From a virus (lineage: Duplodnaviria > Caudoviricetes): a stretch of DNA of 64,000 bases. The stretch's first letter is position 1. Every line of letters begins with the position of its first letter. The notes below the pieces were generated by a model, which saw only the letters and a program-made list of their open reading frames with translations, did not search any database and was not told the origin of the DNA. Positions 56,323-63,427 of the stretch are shown one piece after another. The translations under genes were made by a program, and so were the position numbers. The DNA lies in the IMG/VR virus record IMGVR_UViG_3300015370_000516, positions 21,472 through 85,471 of that record; one strand, given 5' to 3'.

Positions 56323-56951
56323 TGGTTGAGTTACCAATGTTAGGTGGAAATTCTCTACGTGGTTTGGGGCAACTTCAGTACGGGGAACGATTGAAGATCA
56401 TAAATCTTTTTGTGGTAGGGTGGGAACAATCGATTTTTATAGAGACTGGAACCTATTGCGGGGATATGGTTAATTCCGTTATGCATCTATTTTCCAGAGT
56501 CATCTCCATCGAGTACGGAGCCACACTGGCCACCAACGCACAGCGGCGTTTTTCCGATAAGTCTCATGTTGAAATTGTGCAGGGCGATAGTGCGCTGGAA
56601 CTACCCAAAATTCTTGATAGTCTGTGGCAGGATGATAGATTAAAAAATATCTTATTCTTTCTGGACGGTCATTTCTCAGGGGGTGACACCGCCCACGCTA
56701 ACTTGGACACTCCTATTGTTGCTGAGCTTAAAGCAATCTCCGCAGCTAATTCCAAATGGGGTATAGACCCCATGGTGATTCTGATAGACGATGCCGTAGA
56801 CTTTGGGCGTGCCAAAGACTATCCGACTGAGATGGAACTGTGCTTACTTCACCAAGAGCTTTTCCCAGGATTTACGATAGATAACTACCGCGGGATTTAC
56901 CGAATTTATGACTCCTCGCGCAGAAAGCCCACGACTTCAGTTGTGAGATGA
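56322..56951 (+). CDS. Class I SAM methyltransferase
   Basis: FIETGTYCG, VISIE, VQGDS, FFLDGH, ILIDDA; TGATG-coupled start; 3' end supplied by the MITE. Confidence 0.8.
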   Translation: MVELPMLGGNSLRGLGQLQYGERLKIINLFVVGWEQSIFIETGTYCGDMVNSVMHLFSRVISIEYGATLATNAQRRFSDKSHVEIVQGDSALELPKILDSLWQDDRLKNILFFLDGHFSGGDTAHANLDTPIVAELKAISAANSKWGIDPMVILIDDAVDFGRAKDYPTEMELCLLHQELFPGFTIDNYRGIYRIYDSSRRKPTTSVVR

Positions 56952-57038
56952 ATGCTGCGATCAACATTCCCAGGTTGGGACTACAACCTGTTGGTAAAAT
57001 CCATAGAAGCCCACGAATTCATTCGTGGGAGTAGTCAC
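56910..57038 (+). mobile_element. 129-bp non-autonomous IS200/IS605 derivative (PATE/MITE)
   Basis: TTTAT left flank; left hairpin CCCACGACTTCAGTTGTG; internal CAGGTTG/CAACCTG hairpin; right hairpin CCCACGAATTCATTCGTGGG; TCAC terminus. Confidence 0.85.
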
Positions 57039-57052
57039 AGAGGGTCTTGCAT

Positions 57053-58021
57053 TTGATCACCTTTACAATACTGGCATCTCAACAAATGACGGTGCAGGAT
57101 TACTTCGATCTTTATCGAGTACAGACTCCTGGCTGCATTGGTATTTGGGACAATAAGCTAAAGTTTGTAGTTAATAAAGATGAGGCTGATTTCTATGTAG
57201 GTCTTGACCATATACCCGATCCAGCGTTATTTGATCCTGATCGTACCATTGTGCTTGGAAGGGAGCCAAAATCTGTGAGTTGGCTATACTGTGATTTATC
57301 TCAAGCAAGGGTTAAGTACCCCCTACATTATGATTTAGGAAATTGTTATCATACTGCACGCTGGTGGGTTCAAAGAACCTATGATTATTTGATGGGTTGT
57401 GGTTTGTCTATGTGTTTAAAGTCAGGTAATCTTGGGGCGGTGCTTAGTTTTCATCTTAATCGTTTTCCTGGGCATGCACACCGTGTGGAAATTGCCAGGC
57501 GGCTGCTGAAGGATTTTGATTTTGATTTATATGGTAAGCTGTGTAAGACTATCTTTCCGGTTGATAATCCTATGGGTAGGCTTATGGGGGCTGTGAACGA
57601 TAAATTTGATGCGCTGTCTTCCTATAAGTACGCTTTCTGTTCTGATAATTCTTCGTACCCAGGATTTTTCGGGGATACGCTGGTGGATGCTTATCTTTCC
57701 TGGTGTCTTCCGATTTACTGGGGATGCCCCAATTTGGGAGATTATTTTCCAGAGGATTCATTTGTTAATATTACTGGTATGTCAATTGATGATGCTATTA
57801 TGCTTATCAGAGAGACGGTTGAACGTCCTCCTACATTAACCCAATTGGATGCCATTAGACATGCACGTGATTTGGTTCTTAACAAGTATAATTTATGGCC
57901 TACACTGTTGGAGGTTATTGAAACTGGAAAAGTGACATGGGGCCCCGACCTTAACCCCAAAATCCCCCATAGACCTGATAAATGCTTTTTATTTCATTCT
58001 AATTTGCGGTGGTACACTTAG
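57053..58021 (+). CDS. Glycosyltransferase family 10-like (alpha-1,3-fucosyltransferase-like)
   Basis: REPKS, DLYGK, YKYAFCSDNS...AYLSWCLPIYWGCPNL; TTG start after AGAGGG. Confidence 0.8.
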   Translation: MITFTILASQQMTVQDYFDLYRVQTPGCIGIWDNKLKFVVNKDEADFYVGLDHIPDPALFDPDRTIVLGREPKSVSWLYCDLSQARVKYPLHYDLGNCYHTARWWVQRTYDYLMGCGLSMCLKSGNLGAVLSFHLNRFPGHAHRVEIARRLLKDFDFDLYGKLCKTIFPVDNPMGRLMGAVNDKFDALSSYKYAFCSDNSSYPGFFGDTLVDAYLSWCLPIYWGCPNLGDYFPEDSFVNITGMSIDDAIMLIRETVERPPTLTQLDAIRHARDLVLNKYNLWPTLLEVIETGKVTWGPDLNPKIPHRPDKCFLFHSNLRWYT

Positions 58022-58801
58022 ATGCTCGTTAATCTGTTGAGTTTCCCACGTACCGGTAGTTGTTGGTTAGCTTATTGTATCCACTGGCTGACCGGACTTA
58101 GATCGCGTACTGATCTAATCCATGAAGGTGTGTCTAAGGAAGAGGCTTGGAATCTGGACGAGTTTGATCCTAAGTATGATTTGTTCAAGACTCACGGGCA
58201 TTGGGGTGGTTTGCCATCGTTAATAGAGCAACAAAAGCAGCGCTATGGTGGTTTAGCTCTGGTGGTCATTCTGCGGGATTATAAAGAGGCTATTCCCCGC
58301 GAGCTTAGACAGTACGGTTTAGAGGCTATCAAATCGAAATTAACTGGTAATTGGAATAATGGTACAGATTATATGGCGGTGCTTAAGACTTTTCATGAGC
58401 AAAGTTTACAAGTAAGCAACAAAACTTTTTTGGTATACTACGAGGATTTGATTCAGAAACCACAAGAGGTGCTGACGCAGCTATCCGAATACTTAATTGG
58501 CCTTGGTTTTGCGGTGCAGCCGGTAGCAGATTTTATGGTGGATTATGCAGAGCATCGTAACAGGTCTTTGGCTTTATATGAATTTGGAGATCCACATCTG
58601 TTCACCAGGATAGGGGAACAACAGCTTCAAACAACTCAGGTTCGACCGTGCATTACCAAAGGTGAAGCTCTAAAATTTCATGCCTTGAACATACCAGAGC
58701 CTGGGAGAATAGAATTGGATCTTTATCTTCAGAACAATTTCGCAGAGCTCTATAACCTTTATCTATCCAGATACTCAGAAAGTGCTAACGAGGTTACCTG
58801 A
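58022..58801 (+). CDS. Sulfotransferase-like protein
   Basis: PAPS-binding-like SFPRTGSCWL, FKTHG, ILRDYKEAI, LVYYEDL. Confidence 0.75.
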   Translation: MLVNLLSFPRTGSCWLAYCIHWLTGLRSRTDLIHEGVSKEEAWNLDEFDPKYDLFKTHGHWGGLPSLIEQQKQRYGGLALVVILRDYKEAIPRELRQYGLEAIKSKLTGNWNNGTDYMAVLKTFHEQSLQVSNKTFLVYYEDLIQKPQEVLTQLSEYLIGLGFAVQPVADFMVDYAEHRNRSLALYEFGDPHLFTRIGEQQLQTTQVRPCITKGEALKFHALNIPEPGRIELDLYLQNNFAELYNLYLSRYSESANEVT

Positions 58802-58802
58802 T

Positions 58803-59312
58803 ATGAAAAAGTTGGCTTGGTTAATAATTCCCCTCTTGGCAATCATAGGTAATTGTCAAGGGCTGACGGAAATGGGTACAGCGGTCTTTTACATCGGCAA
58901 AGCGACATTTAGCACTGACACCGTGGTCATGGGGGTTGGCCGCAACGACATCGCTCCGTATGTTATTTTAACTGCTATGATAGACTCGCTGGACGGCTTT
59001 CCTGATGGAATAGACAGTACCAGGTTCTTAGTCTGTCCTGGCAAGAATTGGCTTAGCCATGCGATTTTCTACAATGCATCGGCAACTCTAATAGACTTCT
59101 GGGAGACCAATATTTTTGTTGGGAATGACCTCTTTGAACCCGCTGGGTGGGATGCTACGTATCATAGCGGGGGGCTGGTGGTGATGCAGATTTCACAAGG
59201 TGGGTTCCCGTGGTTTAACTTCTTGATATGTGTGCAACACAAAGATAACATGGTACCCCCACAAGATAGCGCAAGGGTAACTGTAACCGGGTGGTACTCC
59301 GACCGTCCATAA
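58803..59312 (+). CDS. Secreted/exported hypothetical protein
   Basis: Signal peptide MKKLAWLIIPLLAIIGNCQG. Confidence 0.6.
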   Translation: MKKLAWLIIPLLAIIGNCQGLTEMGTAVFYIGKATFSTDTVVMGVGRNDIAPYVILTAMIDSLDGFPDGIDSTRFLVCPGKNWLSHAIFYNASATLIDFWETNIFVGNDLFEPAGWDATYHSGGLVVMQISQGGFPWFNFLICVQHKDNMVPPQDSARVTVTGWYSDRP

Positions 59313-59333
59313 TAAAATAGGAATTAACCTGCT

Positions 59334-60839
59334 ATGGTACATAAAAACTTAGTTTCTTATCTTCTATTTTCTTTGTTGTGCTGGTTTTCTGCCTGGGCTG
59401 GAGATCCCTATGGTGGCAAGACCACACAGCGGATGATCTCTGATTCGCTGGCGGTGTACTGGGATAGCACCAGAGTTGCGCCGTCTAACGACAGCACAAT
59501 ATGGGTTTCCAGCAGCAGCACGTACACGACGATCGCGGCGGCGGTGGCAGCAGCGGGTGATAATTACACGATCATACTGGCTCAGGGTATCTACACCGAT
59601 CAGGTCGTCAATATAAACAAGAAGCTCACCATCATTGGCGAGGGGTATTATCCAGAGGCTACAAAATGGGTGTCAGATACAACTCTATTTCGGATCACCG
59701 TAGATAGCGTGCGAATTGCTAATTTGTGGCTGCAATGTAACAGCAGCGACTCAATGGCGGTCATCACGAATAGCCGCTACTCGTTAGAACATTGCGTCAT
59801 CGCTTGCAGCACCTTTGTAGCTGCGAACGGCGATTCTGTTTTCTGGCGTAGTTGTCAGATTTTCGCACTAAATCAAAATGGGATCAAGGTAACGAATGGG
59901 GTCTTGAAACTTGAAGATAATGTTCATCTGAATAATTCTCCAATTCATTTAGACCCCGCAAGAGAATACTATGGAATTCTGGTTTCGGATGGCGGTCTGA
60001 TCTGGGCAATGAACTGTGCCTTCAACGCCGATAGCACGGTGTTCACGGTAGACGGTGCAGGAGCGAAGGTTTCTCTATACAACAGCATAGCGATCACCAC
60101 AGGCGCACCGGATACACCTTGCATAAAGTGCGATAACGGGGGAGGGTTAGACGGTTGGTATTCACAATTCAGAAATGAAGACGATAATCGTGCCACGATT
60201 ATCATGATGGACGATTCGGATGCTGACAATTATCGCTACTGCGTAATTTTCAACAAAAGTGCTGCTTCAGGAGCCTTGTCATACTCTGGATCAGCTTCTG
60301 GCGCAACGAATATGCTCGGCTGTCAGTTGAATGGGAATCTAATTGCTGGCGGCAACGATGTGATTGTCAATACTACTGTGGTCAGACCGACCGGAAGCAT
60401 TTATACCTATGTGGGTACGGATTCTCTGATGTTCATGGACGACAATCGCTCTATGAAGTCGAAGTTGTTTATGGAGGCTTCAGGTGCAGATACAACCTAC
60501 GAATTGAACGTGGATACGGTCAAGACTTTCGCGCTGATTGTGGGGACTGGGGCGGGGACGATGCTGAATCTGATTGCCTGCGGAACAGGTACGTTCAATG
60601 GTACGGCTCAGTTTTCAACAGTAGCTGTTCCTGGACTACTATTTGATACTACTACCCCAACAGATACAATCGTAGTCATCAATGCAAAACCCAACATGAC
60701 GCCTGGAACGACTAACGTTGGGGATATCTTCCCCTATATCTACCAAAATGCTGCTGGGGCATTTATCATTCAACGTTACAATGCGACGGGGACTTCTGGG
60801 CTTACTTTTACTTGGGAAGTGCATCAATATAAACCGTAG
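59334..60839 (+). CDS. Signal-peptide-bearing right-handed beta-helix (pectin lyase-like) protein
   Basis: Signal/TM N-terminus; YTTIAAAVAAAGDNYTIILAQGIYTDQVVNINKKLTIIGEG cap followed by PbH1-like repeats. Confidence 0.7.
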   Translation: MVHKNLVSYLLFSLLCWFSAWAGDPYGGKTTQRMISDSLAVYWDSTRVAPSNDSTIWVSSSSTYTTIAAAVAAAGDNYTIILAQGIYTDQVVNINKKLTIIGEGYYPEATKWVSDTTLFRITVDSVRIANLWLQCNSSDSMAVITNSRYSLEHCVIACSTFVAANGDSVFWRSCQIFALNQNGIKVTNGVLKLEDNVHLNNSPIHLDPAREYYGILVSDGGLIWAMNCAFNADSTVFTVDGAGAKVSLYNSIAITTGAPDTPCIKCDNGGGLDGWYSQFRNEDDNRATIIMMDDSDADNYRYCVIFNKSAASGALSYSGSASGATNMLGCQLNGNLIAGGNDVIVNTTVVRPTGSIYTYVGTDSLMFMDDNRSMKSKLFMEASGADTTYELNVDTVKTFALIVGTGAGTMLNLIACGTGTFNGTAQFSTVAVPGLLFDTTTPTDTIVVINAKPNMTPGTTNVGDIFPYIYQNAAGAFIIQRYNATGTSGLTFTWEVHQYKP

Positions 60840-60849
60840 GAGGATCGAA

Positions 60850-61161
60850 ATGGAATCCTTGAATATCGCAACGATCATTGGACTCTATGCGATGATGTTC
60901 GTGGGAGTGTTTCTGCACGTTGTCAAGCGGATCAAGGGCAATCGGCTGAAGAACCTCAAGGGATATATCGAAGCGAACTCGCTGCGAATCTTGGTCTCGT
61001 GGATTACAGGAACGTCTCTGTTTTTCGGATGGCTCTGGCAACCTGAAGTGGCGACCACGCTGGGTTTCAGCTATGCGCCAGGACTTCTGTCCTCGTTGCT
61101 CTTAGGTTACGTAGCAGACAGCGTCTGGGCGATGATTCCGGAGAACAAATCTGGTAATTAA
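60850..61161 (+). CDS. Holin-like small membrane protein
   Basis: 103 aa, three hydrophobic segments, GGAGG SD. Confidence 0.55.
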   Translation: MESLNIATIIGLYAMMFVGVFLHVVKRIKGNRLKNLKGYIEANSLRILVSWITGTSLFFGWLWQPEVATTLGFSYAPGLLSSLLLGYVADSVWAMIPENKSGN

Positions 61162-61193
61162 CTCAGCTACACAGAAGCAGAAACGAGGTTTAT

Positions 61194-61517
61194 ATGGAAG
61201 AGGTCTACATGCCCTTTGCAATCAGTTTCCAACAATCCTTGAGAAAAACCTTTGCGGAGGGCTTAATGTACAAGTTACCCATCCTGATAATCCTAATGGT
61301 AACTTGGTATGAGTTTGCCTTTATGCGAATGCTGCTGGGGGGATGGGATGTAGTCTATCTGGCTCTGGTAATTGCGATGACGCTGGATACGATAACCGGA
61401 GTATCGAAGGCGATCTATCTGCACAATTTAAAGAGTACCTTGATGCACAAGGCCGTGGGGAAATGGTCTTGCTATTTCGTGTTGCTGATTCTGGATTCCT
61501 CAATAACGAGGAATTAG
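61194..61517 (+). pseudogene. Phage holin (toxin secretion/lysis holin type), apparently 3'-truncated
   Basis: LVIAMTLDTITGVSKA...STLMHKAVGKW..YFVLLIL, then sequence switches into element relic C. Confidence 0.6.
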
Positions 61518-61553
61518 AAGAAGCCCTGCGGGTTTGTTAAAGGTATAATTCCG
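61494..61553 (+). mobile_element. Right-end relic of family-2 tnpB element (copy C)
   Basis: gggtttgttaaaggtataattccg identical to the copy A end; gattcctc...aggaa...ccctg as in copy B. Confidence 0.7.
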
Positions 61554-61577
61554 TTAAGTAAACAATGGTGCAGAGGA

Positions 61578-62015
61578 ATGATCACTCATAAATTAGATTT
61601 ACGAGATAATCTTGAAAGAATAAAGGAGTTAACAGCGGAATTAGATTGGGAATACGTTGTCGCTTCTTTTGACACGGAGATTATGAATATGTTTTTGGAA
61701 TATAGTCCAATTGTAAGTTGGATAAAGGATAGCGACGGTCGCTTTGTTTTTGCCAATAAATCTTTTTTGAGACGATTTAACATTGAAGAGGACATCAGGG
61801 GTAAAATGGATAAGGATTTTTGGCCAGAAGTGGCAGAAACATTGAGAGAAAATGATTTAATGGTCTTAGAAAGAAATGAGAAAATAGAATTATATGAGAA
61901 TGTTCCCACGCCTAACGGAAAAATGCATAAATGGTATGTTATTAAATTTCCTTTAAAATTACAAAATAAATCCTATGTAGGTGGATTTGCAGTCAGTTTA
62001 AAAGATATAGAATAA
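61578..62015 (+). CDS. Stand-alone PAS-domain protein
   Basis: LEYSPIVSWIKDSDGRFVFANKSF...IRGKMDKDFWP...LRENDLMVLE...WYVIKFPL...VGGF (PAS_4-like); AT-rich. Confidence 0.88.
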   Translation: MITHKLDLRDNLERIKELTAELDWEYVVASFDTEIMNMFLEYSPIVSWIKDSDGRFVFANKSFLRRFNIEEDIRGKMDKDFWPEVAETLRENDLMVLERNEKIELYENVPTPNGKMHKWYVIKFPLKLQNKSYVGGFAVSLKDIE

Positions 62016-62028
62016 ATTTTGGGGTTTG

Positions 62029-62258
62029 CTATGGATAAAGTAACAACAAACGGGTGGATTGAGTATAAACAAAGGATATTCTTTCAATTAGAGCAACTAG
62101 CAGAAAGAATGGAAAAAATTGAAGATAAGTTGGATAAACTTCGTGAAGATGTTCTCATTTTAAAGACGAAAGCGTGGCTCTTTGGTATTTTGGGTGGCGT
62201 TATTGTTACTGCTTTATCTCAATTTATAATTGGTGCTTTAAATAAATACTATCAATGA
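62029..62258 (+). CDS. Coiled-coil plus C-terminal TM protein (XhlA/holin-accessory-like)
   Basis: LEQLAERMEKIEDKLDKLREDV followed by the hydrophobic AWLFGILGGVIVTALSQFII. Confidence 0.6.
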
Positions 62259-62274
62259 CGCCAAACACGAGAGC

Positions 62275-62337
62275 GGAATAGTTTTAGACCCTATGCGCGG
62301 AGTTGAAACTACTGTATTGGCAGTAAAAGAACTTGGA
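62275..62337 (+). pseudogene. Relic of a DNA methyltransferase motif I
   Basis: VLDPMRGVETTVLAVKELG matches MTase 1 VLDPMCGSGTTAVAAKQLG at 12 of 19 residues. Confidence 0.55.
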
Positions 62338-62362
62338 CTTAATGAGAAGAAGAAAAATGTAA

Positions 62363-62488
62363 ATGAGCATACCAAATTGCCTAAAAGTTCGACGTGGCAC
62401 ACGCAACGAGGATCGGCGCAACCGGATCGTGCGCAAGCGGGAACGGGAAAGAGAACAAGAGCGGGTCAAGAAAGCCGAGGAGAAATGA
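62363..62488 (+). CDS. 41-aa Arg/Glu-rich micro-ORF
   Basis: MSIPNCLKVRRGTRNEDRRNRIVRKREREREQERVKKAEEK, ATGA-coupled to the next gene. Confidence 0.45.
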   Translation: MSIPNCLKVRRGTRNEDRRNRIVRKREREREQERVKKAEEK

Positions 62489-62778
62489 GCATAATTGACA
62501 AAGCCAAATACAAACTGATCGCTTTTGCGGTCGAAAGGATGGTTGACATGGGATCAATCTTGAAGGTATTGCAGGGCTGGAAGGGTTACATCGTTTGCGC
62601 TTCCGGAATTCTGACGGCGTTGTTAGCTTACATTGACGGGACGCTTACGCTTTCGGGGTTTATCGCAGCTATCTTTGCCGGAACCGCCGGGATGACCTTT
62701 AGCGCCAAAGGAAACCGCATAGCGAAAAGCCTTAGCTCATCTGCTTTAAAGACTTCCCGGCATTCACCGAGCGAATGA
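62485..62778 (+). CDS. Holin-like membrane protein
   Basis: LQGWKGYIVCASGILTALLAY...LSGFIAAIFAG, two TM helices; start moved to ATG 62485 after GAGGAG. Confidence 0.6.
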   Translation: MSIIDKAKYKLIAFAVERMVDMGSILKVLQGWKGYIVCASGILTALLAYIDGTLTLSGFIAAIFAGTAGMTFSAKGNRIAKSLSSSALKTSRHSPSE

Positions 62779-62864
62779 TCTTAGACGGTGCTGCTTATCG
62801 CTTCACCTTCTTCTGGAATAAGCGCGGCGGGAAGTCGAGATTTGTTAAGAGGGACGAGAAATGA
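62775..62864 (+). CDS. 29-aa micro-ORF coupled at both ends
   Basis: MILDGAAYRFTFFWNKRGGKSRFVKRDEK with ATGA overlaps on both sides. Confidence 0.4.
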   Translation: MILDGAAYRFTFFWNKRGGKSRFVKRDEK

Positions 62865-63349
62865 AGAGCTTTTGGATGGGGGTTGTCTTTGGCGCGTTGA
62901 TCTTGTTCCTGGGCTTTCAGGGCTACAATCTCTGGGTCAAGCCGCAGAAGCCCTTGATCGTTACTGAAACGATCTTCGACACGCTGACTGTGCATGACAC
63001 GGTTACGGTTTCTATCCCGCGCAAGGTCTACGTCGAAAATGCGCCAGCGGTCATCGCGCCGGACGCGCCGGACGTAGCCTATCTTGATACTCTGATTTCC
63101 ATCTCCCAAGACGATCTGCGCATTGATACGCGGTTGAGCCTGGGCTTCGACATGAAACAGCGACTCTTCGGCGTGGCTCTGGATTTCCCGCTCATAGAAT
63201 ATCCGCGGGATACGGTTTACATAAAGACGACCGCGCGCGTTCTCTATCTGTTGCCCACCAAGTCTAAGGCGTGGACTTACGTCGGGGTGGCTCTGTGCGG
63301 TGCTGCGGCGGGCATCATAGCTTACACCTTAATCACAGCGGGGAGATAA
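62861..63349 (+). CDS. Spanin-like protein (N- and C-terminal TM)
   Basis: N-terminal TM, ETIFDTLTVHDTVTV repeats, C-terminal TM YVGVALCGAAAGIIAYTLI. Confidence 0.45.
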   Translation: MKSFWMGVVFGALILFLGFQGYNLWVKPQKPLIVTETIFDTLTVHDTVTVSIPRKVYVENAPAVIAPDAPDVAYLDTLISISQDDLRIDTRLSLGFDMKQRLFGVALDFPLIEYPRDTVYIKTTARVLYLLPTKSKAWTYVGVALCGAAAGIIAYTLITAGR

Positions 63350-63356
63350 TATGAAC

Positions 63357-63380
63357 CGGAATTATCTCCTTAACAGACCC
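63357..63380 (-). repeat. Inverted copy (E) of the family-2 end motif; candidate left terminal inverted repeat
   Basis: cggaattatctccttaaca is the exact reverse complement of 39137-39155. Confidence 0.75.
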
Positions 63381-63389
63381 ATTTCCGTT

Positions 63390-63404
63390 TTTACTATAAT
63401 CTAA
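63390..63404 (+). promoter_or_regulatory. TTTACTATAAYCTAA motif upstream of tnpB3
   Basis: Contains TATAAT; 14/15 match to the other two copies. Confidence 0.6.
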
Positions 63405-63427
63405 GCACAGAAACAATCACTTGAACC

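Noticed and set aside
56322-58021. Ancestral MT-GT10 fusion split by the MITE
   Set aside because: Holds only if the element ends at 57037. The canonical TCAC end (57038) instead restores a stop overlapping a TTG start with an SD, which is more parsimonious; not fully excluded
62293-62484. N-terminal 64 aa of ORF 62293 as part of the holin
   Set aside because: It is a composite of the MTase relic frame and the alternate frame of a micro-ORF; the real start is ATG 62485 with GAGGAG
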